DNA of 31,996 bases, from positions 1 to 31,996 of IMG/VR virus record IMGVR_UViG_3300020044_004718, one strand, 5' to 3'. The notes under the pieces were generated by a model. That model had not been told where the DNA came from. It did no database searches and saw only the letters and a program-made list of their open reading frames with translations. Each line of letters opens with the position of its first letter. Position 1 is the stretch's first letter. This DNA is from a virus. Its lineage: Duplodnaviria > Caudoviricetes. The position numbers were made by a program, and so were the translations under genes. Below, one piece after another: positions 9,102-15,878 of this stretch.

Positions 9102-9302
9102 ATGAAAGGAAGAAAGAAATTACCGCCTAAAATCAAAAAAAAAGTATTTAGGTTTTTCGTAGAAACAGGAATATTAGATAGTATTTCAGAAGAAAAACAA
9201 GAAGATTTAAAAAACCAATTTATAAACAAACTACAATCGGAAGCATTAGAAAAATCGGCTAACGAAGTTTTAAAAAACAAAAACAATGGAAACAACGCAT
9301 AA
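9102..9302 (+). CDS. Small basic protein, possibly a ribbon-helix-helix-type DNA binder
   Basis: GRKKLP followed by an alternating beta pattern (VFRFFV) and helices. Confidence 0.45.
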   Translation: MKGRKKLPPKIKKKVFRFFVETGILDSISEEKQEDLKNQFINKLQSEALEKSANEVLKNKNNGNNA

Positions 9303-9486
9303 TATTAAAATAGACAATGTAAATTTTGAAGTAATTGGAGATTATGAAAAAGCTGACCCAACAACAGGTTACAAAGGTGGATTTTCGATTATGGATGTAA
9401 AAATTAATGACGATTCGGTTTATCAATTTTTAAGCGAAAATGCTCTTGAAAAGTTACAGATGACAGTTCTTGAAGAAAATTATTGA
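9286..9486 (+). CDS. Hypothetical protein
   Basis: 66-aa acidic ORF overlapping the upstream gene. Confidence 0.6.
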   Translation: METTHNIKIDNVNFEVIGDYEKADPTTGYKGGFSIMDVKINDDSVYQFLSENALEKLQMTVLEENY

Positions 9487-9561
9487 TTAAACACAAATTA
9501 ACCAAGTACAAAACAAATATTAAATAACTCCCGAAGTGGCAATATTGTGTAACCACTGTTA
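9487..9561. repeat. Truncated attC-like site 0 (loop and right arm only)
   Basis: Ends AAC-CAC-T-GTTA like the other sites; shares ATTAAACACAAAT and AAGTACAAAAC with the loop of site 4. Confidence 0.6.
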
Positions 9562-9576
9562 TAACACGTTTTAATT

Positions 9577-9873
9577 ATGGTACAAATTATTAAAGAATTA
9601 GAAAACAAAATTTTTGATAGATTAGAAGTTGAGTTGCAATTCCCTTATCATTTTACAAATGATATTTTGGAAAGTTTTACAAATGATATTTTACAATATC
9701 AAGATATTGACGAGTGGTTTAGTGTTTTGTCAGCAGTTCATCGTTACAAACAATCAAAAATGATGGGTAAATTTATTTACAATTCAAAAAAAGAAAAAAA
9801 TGAAAATGAATTAAGAAGCGATTTAGCTAAATTATACTATTCTTCTGTTAAGCACGTGAAAAATGTGTTATAA
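9577..9873 (+). CDS. Hypothetical protein, cassette 1 cargo
   Basis: 98 aa; its TAA stop is the TAA of the TAAC core. Confidence 0.7.
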   Translation: MVQIIKELENKIFDRLEVELQFPYHFTNDILESFTNDILQYQDIDEWFSVLSAVHRYKQSKMMGKFIYNSKKEKNENELRSDLAKLYYSSVKHVKNVL

Positions 9874-9995
9874 CGTTCCCTCGCTTTGTGATGTTGCAAA
9901 GTTCGGAAACGAGTATTTTCGGTTACAAATAAACGTGATGCGGAACGTAAACGTCAATTTACCACAGAATGTGCAATAGCACAAAACGAGTGTTA
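9871..9995. repeat. attC-like site 1 (125 bp)
   Basis: TAAC-GTTCC-CTCGCTTTGTGATGTTGCA...TGCAATAGCACAAAACGAG-T-GTTA. Confidence 0.85.
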
Positions 9996-10044
9996 GTAGC
10001 TGTTTATTTTTTTTACATTTATTTTAAAAATATTTGTAATTTTA

Positions 10045-10075
10045 TTTGGTAGCTACAAAATAAGTTGTATATTTG
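10045..10075 (+). promoter_or_regulatory. Bacteroidota sigma-A promoter inside cassette 2
   Basis: TTTG-N19-TATATTTG. Confidence 0.75.
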
Positions 10076-10105
10076 TAAAAGAAATAACAACTAAAACAAA
10101 TCAAA

Positions 10106-10375
10106 ATGACAACTACAGGAAACATAATCACTAAAACTTACGGACAAAACACTTTTACATTTAATGTTGGAGAAATAATAACAAAAAAAGGAAGTAAAAA
10201 ATTTTGTTTTGTTGAGCAAGTTACAGAGTTTAACGCAGAAGATAATAAAATATTTGGTTTTGATATGCCTAATGCCGTTACTAATTGGAAATTTTATTTT
10301 GATGTGCTTACAACTGAATTTGGAGCTATTAATTTAGCAGGTAAAAAATTAATCAAAAACTGGGAAAATATATGA
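10106..10375 (+). CDS. Hypothetical protein, cassette 2 cargo
   Basis: 89-aa ORF behind the promoter. Confidence 0.7.
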   Translation: MTTTGNIITKTYGQNTFTFNVGEIITKKGSKKFCFVEQVTEFNAEDNKIFGFDMPNAVTNWKFYFDVLTTEFGAINLAGKKLIKNWENI

Positions 10376-10674
10376 AACATTGTGAACAAGTAAAGCCTGA
10401 ATTTATTGCTTACCAAAAATATTGGAATTGTAATCACGACCAACTTGCAAAATCAAGTTTTTTAAATGGTTTTTTTGAGGGCGTAGAATATGTAAAAACA
10501 AATAAAATGCAAAGACAATCAATAATAGTTTTCATTCAAGGCGAAAGAATAGAAACATACGGCAATTTAAAAAAGTGTTGTGATATGGAAAATTTAAAAT
10601 ACCACACTTTAGCACGTTTAAAATTCCCAATTCGGCTAAACGATGTCGTTATACACAAAACGCTGTTTAAATAG
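10372..10674 (+). CDS. Hypothetical protein with a possible C-terminal HTH-like domain, cassette 2 cargo
   Basis: ATGA overlap; YGNLKKCCDMENLKYHTL pattern. Confidence 0.6.
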   Translation: MKHCEQVKPEFIAYQKYWNCNHDQLAKSSFLNGFFEGVEYVKTNKMQRQSIIVFIQGERIETYGNLKKCCDMENLKYHTLARLKFPIRLNDVVIHKTLFK

Positions 10675-10678
10675 CTAC

Positions 10679-10751
10679 TAACGTTTCGGTGCTTGTAGAT
10701 GCCAGCCTACGCACCAACATAAATTCGGCTGGTAGATACAAACACCTGTTA
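10679..10751. repeat. attC-like site 2 (73 bp)
   Basis: TAAC-GTTTC-GGTGCTTGTAGATGCCAGCC...GGCTGGTAGATACAAACACC-T-GTTA. Confidence 0.85.
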
Positions 10752-10780
10752 TAAGAAGTAGCGGGTAATTTAAACTAAAT

Positions 10781-10906
10781 ATGATGAAAATAGAATTTCA
10801 CACACAATGGATGGGCTTTAAGAAATTTCCAACTTATAAAGTAAACGGTAAGAACTATACAAGATTATTCTTTATGTGGTTTGCAACAACATTAGTAACT
10901 AAATAA
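10781..10906 (+). CDS. 41-aa peptide, cassette 3 cargo (MMKIEFHTQW...)
   Basis: Read by hand; AT-rich leader, fills the cassette upstream of 10920. Confidence 0.5.
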   Translation: MMKIEFHTQWMGFKKFPTYKVNGKNYTRLFFMWFATTLVTK

Positions 10907-10919
10907 ACAAAATAGAATT

Positions 10920-11120
10920 ATGAAAACAGAGGTAGTAATATGGCAAGGTAAAGCAAAGATAGTTTTGCACGCTGAAAATGAATTTGAAAAAGAATTAATT
11001 GAAAAGGTAAAAGATAGCCGTTTAGGTTATAAAACAGAAACACAAGTATTGACTGATTATTCTTATCACTCACATACTAAGCATAGGATTGAAATAGATT
11101 TGATTGAAAACGTAAAGTAG
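10920..11120 (+). CDS. Hypothetical protein, cassette 3 cargo
   Basis: 66 aa; stop abuts the cassette end repeat. Confidence 0.65.
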   Translation: MKTEVVIWQGKAKIVLHAENEFEKELIEKVKDSRLGYKTETQVLTDYSYHSHTKHRIEIDLIENVK

Positions 11121-11130
11121 CTATTTCTTA

Positions 11131-11224
11131 TAACGTTTTGCGGCTTTGTGTCTGTTTGCCCCTTGCACAAAGTTTCAAGTTTACCACAAATGTTGATGGG
11201 GCAAATAGCACAAAACCGCTGTTA
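11131..11224. repeat. attC-like site 3 (94 bp)
   Basis: TAAC-GTTTT-GCGGCTTTGTGTCTGTTTGCCCC...GGGGCAAATAGCACAAAACCGC-T-GTTA. Confidence 0.85.
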
Positions 11225-11259
11225 TGCGTCTGTAATTTTTTTAATATTTTTTTGAAGCG

Positions 11260-11877
11260 ATGGCAATACAATTTTATAATATAGACTGCATAGAGTTTAT
11301 GAAAACTAAAGCAGATAATCAGTATGACTTGGCAATAGTTGACCCACCTTATGGTATTAACTTTGCGAAGACGCATACTGGCAAAGGATGGACAGTAAGG
11401 GAAAGTAAAGACTGGGATAAGGAAATACCACCACCAGAATATTGGGAGCAACTATTCCGAATATCTAAAAATCAAATCGTGTGGGGTGGCAACTATATGA
11501 CGGAGTTTTTACCGCCATCAATGGGCTGGATATTTTGGGATAAAGGACAAAGGGATTTTAGTTTAGCAGACGGAGAATTAGCGTGGACGAGCTTTAATAA
11601 AGCATTGAGGGTTTACGAATACAGCAGAGCTAAACTAAACAACAATAGAGGTGGTTTACACCCCACAGAAAAGCCCATTGACCTTTACCGTTGGATATTG
11701 CAGAAATACGCAAAGGAAGGCGATAAAATACTTGACACGCACGGAGGCAGTATGACAATAGCACACGCCTGTGATAAGGAAGGATTTGATTTAGATATTT
11801 GCGAACTTGACAAGGAATACTTTGATGCAGGAATTAAACGATATGAACAATTTAAAGCACAAATCACTCTTTTTTAG
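11260..11877 (+). CDS. DNA methyltransferase, N6-A/N4-C beta class, cassette 4 cargo
   Basis: DPPY motif IV, HPTEKP, variant motif I ILDTHGGS. Confidence 0.9.
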   Translation: MAIQFYNIDCIEFMKTKADNQYDLAIVDPPYGINFAKTHTGKGWTVRESKDWDKEIPPPEYWEQLFRISKNQIVWGGNYMTEFLPPSMGWIFWDKGQRDFSLADGELAWTSFNKALRVYEYSRAKLNNNRGGLHPTEKPIDLYRWILQKYAKEGDKILDTHGGSMTIAHACDKEGFDLDICELDKEYFDAGIKRYEQFKAQITLF

Positions 11878-11916
11878 GGTGCGGTGGGAAAAAAATATTA
11901 AAAAAATTATTGCGCA

Positions 11917-12043
11917 TAACGTTCCCACGCTTGTAGTGGTTGGGAAAAGTACAAAACTATTTTCGGATTTAAAAACCATTAAAACAAACACAAAATGAAT
12001 AATAAATTAAACACAAATACCCAATCACTACAAACGTGTGTTA
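11917..12043. repeat. attC-like site 4 (127 bp)
   Basis: TAAC-GTTCC-CACGCTTGTAGTGGTTGGG...CCCAATCACTACAAACGTG-T-GTTA. Confidence 0.85.
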
Positions 12044-12270
12044 GCACTCGTTTTTTTTGCTTCCGTCGTTTTTGGAGAAGATTTGGAGCATTAATAATTT
12101 TATGCTTAATTCCTGTAGCATTATTTATAGATATAAAAGTTTATGGAATTGTAATAGGAATGATGATTACTGTGCCTTGTGGAATTAAGGCAGTAAATAA
12201 AAATTGGTATTTATGGTATCCAAGACAATTATATTTTTTAGCATTATCTCTTTTAGCAATATTTGGTTAA
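11995..12270 (+). CDS. Small multi-pass membrane protein, cassette 5 cargo
   Basis: Up to three hydrophobic segments; the ATG lies in the loop of site 4. Confidence 0.65.
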   Translation: MNNKLNTNTQSLQTCVSTRFFCFRRFWRRFGALIILCLIPVALFIDIKVYGIVIGMMITVPCGIKAVNKNWYLWYPRQLYFLALSLLAIFG

Positions 12271-12278
12271 ATGAGTGC

Positions 12279-12398
12279 TAACGTTTTCGGGCTTGGCGAA
12301 GTTGCCGAAACGAAAAGCCGTATTGAAAAACAAAACTTAATAATTAAGAACAAATGTTGATAGATGAACAAAACGGCAATTTTGCCAAACCCGTGTTA
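12279..12398. repeat. attC-like site 5 (120 bp)
   Basis: TAAC-GTTTT-CGGGCTTGGCGAAGTTGCCG...CGGCAATTTTGCCAAACCCG-T-GTTA. Confidence 0.85.
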
Positions 12399-13073
12399 GG
12401 TGCAGTGCCTTTTTTGAACGAGATTGTTAATATGGACTGGAAAGAAGCCATTAAGCAAGTTTCAGATAAAAGCATTGATTTGGTTGTAACAGACCCACCT
12501 TACGGAATGAAATTTCAAAGCAATCACCGTAAAGTTCAACACAAAAGTATCCAAAACGATGATAACCTTGATTGGCTTGAAAGTTGGGTGATTGAATTAA
12601 AACGTGTTTGTAAAGACGAAGCCCACCTTTATATTTTTTGCTCTTGGCATAATATTGACTTATTTAAACAAATTGTAGGTGCATATTTCCAAGTAAAAAA
12701 CATATTGATATGGGAAAAGAATAATACAGGAATGGGTGATTTAGAAGGCGATTATGCACCGAAATATGAAATGATATTATTTTGTAGTAACGGAAGCAAA
12801 AAATTAAATGGTGGGCGTGATGCTAATATACTGAAGGCAAAACGAACAGGAAACGAAAACCACCCAACTGAAAAGCCTGTGAACCTAATAAGCTATTTGA
12901 TAGAGAAAAGTAGTAATGAAAACGATATTGTTTTGGATACTTTTGCAGGTAGCTTTTCAACTGCACAGGCTTGTAAACAAAAGAAGCGGAACTTTATTTG
13001 CTTTGAAATTGAAGAAGAATATTGTAGAACCGCAAAAAACTTGCTTAATGGTGTATCGGTCAGCTTATTTTAA
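12354..13073 (+). CDS. DNA methyltransferase, N6-A/N4-C beta class, cassette 6 cargo
   Basis: TDPPY, HPTEKP, VLDTFAGS; the ATG lies in the loop of site 5. Confidence 0.92.
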   Translation: MLIDEQNGNFAKPVLGAVPFLNEIVNMDWKEAIKQVSDKSIDLVVTDPPYGMKFQSNHRKVQHKSIQNDDNLDWLESWVIELKRVCKDEAHLYIFCSWHNIDLFKQIVGAYFQVKNILIWEKNNTGMGDLEGDYAPKYEMILFCSNGSKKLNGGRDANILKAKRTGNENHPTEKPVNLISYLIEKSSNENDIVLDTFAGSFSTAQACKQKKRNFICFEIEEEYCRTAKNLLNGVSVSLF

Positions 13074-13094
13074 CACGTCTGCTGGCATTGCACC

Positions 13095-13120
13095 TAACTC
13101 CCTGCTATATACACACTAAC
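13095..13120 (-). other. Candidate attI-like insertion site at the array end
   Basis: Final TAAC core is followed by TCCCTGCTATATACACAC with no matching right arm; reads GTTAGGT (GTTRRRY) on the minus strand. Confidence 0.45.
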
Positions 13121-13122
13121 TT

Positions 13123-13338
13123 ATGCAAAAGTTTGATTATCAGGTACAATTTACTTTTAAGAATTATCCGAATATAGTTTGTTTGCACGATGGTTTTTTA
13201 TATCAACTTGAGTATTTTAGTAATAAAAGAACAAAAACTTTTAGAAAATTAACTTACAACGAAAAAAGAAAAGCCTACTATATCAACGGTCAGTTAGTAA
13301 CAAAAAAAAGATTAGAAAAATTGAAATGTGTGAATTAA
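13123..13338 (+). CDS. Hypothetical basic protein
   Basis: 71-aa ORF immediately after the array. Confidence 0.6.
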   Translation: MQKFDYQVQFTFKNYPNIVCLHDGFLYQLEYFSNKRTKTFRKLTYNEKRKAYYINGQLVTKKRLEKLKCVN

Positions 13339-13389
13339 CATTTGGAATCAAAAAAACAATTAAAAAACAAATTAAAATTATTTTAAATT

Positions 13390-13512
13390 ATGAAAAAAAA
13401 ACAATCAAATAAGGAAAAGTTTTTAGAATGGCTGAAAAAAGTAAATAATATTTATTTAGCCGATAATAAACAAATGGCTAGTGCTTTTGAAAAGATAATA
13501 GAATGGGAGTAA
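13390..13512 (+). CDS. Hypothetical protein (40 aa)
   Basis: Read by hand; overlaps the next ORF. Confidence 0.45.
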   Translation: MKKKQSNKEKFLEWLKKVNNIYLADNKQMASAFEKIIEWE

Positions 13513-13673
13513 AAAGCAAAAACAAAGAACTAGAGCAAAGATTAATAGACAATATTAAATCATACCCTAAATTAAAATTTACTTCATTAAAAGAAGCCAA
13601 ACAGATGAATTATGATTATAGTTTGCCTATTATTCAATTGACAAAAGAACAGTTAAAACAGGTTAGGGTATGA
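13503..13673 (+). CDS. Hypothetical protein (56 aa)
   Basis: Read by hand; ATGA overlap with 13670. Confidence 0.5.
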   Translation: MGVKSKNKELEQRLIDNIKSYPKLKFTSLKEAKQMNYDYSLPIIQLTKEQLKQVRV

Positions 13674-13873
13674 ATGTAAAATTAGTAAGCCAAGAATTAA
13701 AAGCTGAGGTTATTCATTTTTATTTTGAAAACCTAAACAATTCTTTTGATTGGGTTGCCGATAAATTTAAGGGCAGATTAAGTTATTATATGTGTGATAA
13801 AATCGTTCAAGAATTTTTAAAAAACAAAAGTGATTTTTTTATAATAAAAGAATCGAAATTAAATAATTATTAG
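13670..13873 (+). CDS. Hypothetical protein, possibly HTH-like
   Basis: 67 aa; SFDWVADKF..LSYYMCDKIV pattern. Confidence 0.55.
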   Translation: MNVKLVSQELKAEVIHFYFENLNNSFDWVADKFKGRLSYYMCDKIVQEFLKNKSDFFIIKESKLNNY

Positions 13874-13881
13874 TATATTTG
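13874..13881 (+). promoter_or_regulatory. Bacteroidota -7 promoter element TATATTTG
   Basis: TAnnTTTG upstream of a structured leader. Confidence 0.65.
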
Positions 13882-13890
13882 CATAAATAC

Positions 13891-13978
13891 AAAGTTCGGT
13901 CAGGAGCTTTCACAAAATTAATAATACCTCTTTTAATGCTTAATTCTGACCGATTAAGATTTTTAAAGGAGGTTTTTT
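13891..13978 (+). ncRNA. Structured leader RNA A (two hairpins, complementary loops)
   Basis: Loop GGTCAG (13898-13903) is complementary to loop CTGACC (13946-13951); second hairpin ends in a U tract. Confidence 0.65.
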
Positions 13979-13991
13979 ATTTTAAAAAATT

Positions 13992-14162
13992 ATGGAAAAA
14001 TCATTTTTAGAATTTTGCAACGAGCTGAAAGGTTATTCTTTTCACTCTAAAAGAACAAGTTATCAGGTTTATAAGTTCGAGATGTATTGGCACGGGTTAA
14101 CGCCTAAACAATGTTTTGAAAGGTATAACACAAAAAAAGTTATTTTAGAAATATCATACTAA
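13992..14162 (+). CDS. Hypothetical protein (56 aa)
   Basis: Read by hand (MEKSFLEFCNELKG...). Confidence 0.55.
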   Translation: MEKSFLEFCNELKGYSFHSKRTSYQVYKFEMYWHGLTPKQCFERYNTKKVILEISY

Positions 14163-14168
14163 AAAATT

Positions 14169-14612
14169 ATGAGTAAAGATTTATTTATGTTGATGCGTGA
14201 ACAAGAAATTCAAACATCAAACTTTTTGCCAAACAAAAGAGAAATTCAATTTTCGGCAAAGAAATTTATAACAGAAATTTTAGAAGCTGGAGAAGTTGAT
14301 AAATATGAACTTATCGCACAAGCAAAAAGAATGGGCGAGGCGTTAGATATTATTAACGCTGAATTACTGAAAGTATTACCACAGGAAAACTTTGAAGCGT
14401 TTGGATTGAAAGGAACATTTAGAAATGGTGGCGATACTATTAATTACAAAGAGTGCGAAATTTGGAGCGATATTCAAAAAGAGTTAAAAGAACGTGAAGA
14501 ACTTTTAAAAGTAGCTTTAAAGTCACAGAAAGAAGTTTACGATGAAGCTGGAGTATTAGTTCCTAAAGTTTCAACAACACCGAGAAAATCAAGTTTATCA
14601 ATATCATTTTAA
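14169..14612 (+). CDS. Hypothetical protein of the recombination module
   Basis: 147-aa ORF upstream of ERF. Confidence 0.7.
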   Translation: MSKDLFMLMREQEIQTSNFLPNKREIQFSAKKFITEILEAGEVDKYELIAQAKRMGEALDIINAELLKVLPQENFEAFGLKGTFRNGGDTINYKECEIWSDIQKELKEREELLKVALKSQKEVYDEAGVLVPKVSTTPRKSSLSISF

Positions 14613-14664
14613 AAAACTTTTTGTATATTTACATATCTTAATAATCTTTTAAATATCTTATCTT

Positions 14665-15159
14665 ATGAAACAAATTGCAACTGCCTTACTTAAGGCACAA
14701 TCTGAAATGAGCAACCCAAAAAAAGGTGCTACAAATCCGTTCTTTAAGTCAAAATATGCAGACTTAAATTCTATTAGAGAAGCAGTTATTCCAGTATTAA
14801 ACGCAAACGGAATAAGCGTATTACAGCCAATTGTACATACCGACAGCAAAAACTTTGTAAAAACTATTTTATTACACGAAAGTGGTGAATGTTTAGAATC
14901 TTTAACTGAAATTGTTTACAATAAAATAAACGATGCACAGGCTCAAGGTTCAGGAATAAGTTATGCAAGGCGTTATGCTTTACAATCTTTTGTTTGTGTA
15001 GGTGCAGACGATGACGATGGGCAAAAAGCTGTTCAAAACAAGCCAAACGCTACAAAGGAAGTAATGCAAAAAGCAAAAGAGGCAAACGCTACAATACAAC
15101 AAATCAAAACAAAATATTCAGTTTCACCTGAATTAGAACAATTCTTTATTAATCTTTAA
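14665..15159 (+). CDS. ERF-family single-strand annealing protein
   Basis: NPFFKSKYADL, QAQGSGISYARRYAL and DDDG motifs. Confidence 0.9.
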   Translation: MKQIATALLKAQSEMSNPKKGATNPFFKSKYADLNSIREAVIPVLNANGISVLQPIVHTDSKNFVKTILLHESGECLESLTEIVYNKINDAQAQGSGISYARRYALQSFVCVGADDDDGQKAVQNKPNATKEVMQKAKEANATIQQIKTKYSVSPELEQFFINL

Positions 15160-15170
15160 ATTTTATTATT

Positions 15171-15458
15171 ATGGCTACAGGCTTTTATGGAAGTATTGAC
15201 TTCTCGAAATTAATGGAACAAGCGAAAGCAGGAAACAAGGCTTTCACTAAAAACGAAAATGGTAAAATCTATTTAAACGTAAGAGTTTACGTTAACGATG
15301 AAGTAGATAAATACGGAAACATTGCATCATTTCAAAGCAATTTTAAGGGTGCTACTAAAGAAGATAAGTTTTACTTTGGTAACTTAAAAGAAAGCAAACC
15401 TATTGAAATTGAAGTTGTCGATGCGGATATTGTAAGCGCTGATGACTTACCTTTTTAA
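15171..15458 (+). CDS. Putative single-stranded DNA-binding protein
   Basis: Acidic DDLPF C-terminus, follows ERF. Confidence 0.65.
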   Translation: MATGFYGSIDFSKLMEQAKAGNKAFTKNENGKIYLNVRVYVNDEVDKYGNIASFQSNFKGATKEDKFYFGNLKESKPIEIEVVDADIVSADDLPF

Positions 15459-15469
15459 CCAAAAAAAAT

Positions 15470-15500
15470 AAACCCTAATTAATTTTAGGGTTTTGTTTTT
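15470..15500 (+). terminator. Intrinsic terminator
   Basis: AAACCCTAA...TTAGGGTTT plus T-rich tail. Confidence 0.7.
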
Positions 15501-15517
15501 TATATTGAATTTTTTTT

Positions 15518-15525
15518 TATATTTG
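15518..15525 (+). promoter_or_regulatory. Bacteroidota -7 promoter element TATATTTG
   Basis: TAnnTTTG between the terminator and the structured leader. Confidence 0.65.
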
Positions 15526-15530
15526 TAAAA

Positions 15531-15629
15531 GCAATTTAGTGAGATTTATTGCAAACCGAAAATATTACATAAACCCTATAAGGAAAGCTAAATCTCACAA
15601 TAAGCTGACTTTATAGGGTTTAATCTTTT
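15531..15629 (+). ncRNA. Structured leader RNA B (two hairpins, complementary loops)
   Basis: Loop GTGAGATTT (15539-15547) is complementary to loop AAATCTCAC (15590-15598). Confidence 0.65.
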
Positions 15630-15653
15630 AATTTAATTTAAAATAATTTAAAA

Positions 15654-15878
15654 ATGGAACACAGATTAATTGCAGAAGAAATTAGCACTGCTGATTTAAA
15701 GTATGAATTTTATGTATTAGAACTTGATTCTAATATTGTTAATTTAGGTATACAAAAAACAGATTTTTGTAATGATAGCCTGAGTAATATTTTATCTATT
15801 AATATTACCAAAAAAGAACTTCATTCTCTTATAGGTACATTACTACACGTTCAACAAAAAATGAAAGGAAGTGTATAA
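15654..15878 (+). CDS. Hypothetical protein
   Basis: 74 aa; TAATG coupling to the next gene. Confidence 0.65.
   Translation: MEHRLIAEEISTADLKYEFYVLELDSNIVNLGIQKTDFCNDSLSNILSINITKKELHSLIGTLLHVQQKMKGSV

Larger units (their letters stand above)
9487..13120. mobile_element. Integron-like array of six gene cassettes lacking an integrase
   Basis: Five complete TAAC-GTTYY-stem-loop-stem-T-GTTA sites, one truncated site and one non-hairpin terminal site; each gene unit has self-complementary ends. Confidence 0.8.

Noticed and set aside
9525-9532. TAACTCCC also at 13095-13102, as a target-site duplication flanking the array
   Set aside because: Only 8 bp, half of it the common core, and the left copy lies within what looks like the loop of the truncated site.
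11128-11451. Minus-strand 107-aa ORF, and similarly 11791..11991, 11807..11998 and 12916..13119
   Set aside because: Shadow frames over the methyltransferases and hairpin sites with no protein-like features.
9871-12398. Spacer hairpins as CRISPR repeats, REP/MITE copies or plain terminators
   Set aside because: The sequences are not identical, are separated by whole genes, lack U tracts and target duplications, and terminators would not explain the cassette-specific end complementarity.
9558-13098. Invertible segments (shufflon) bounded by inverted repeats
   Set aside because: Each unit has different repeats, all genes face the same way and there is no invertase. Excision/insertion fits better, though inversion is not formally excluded.
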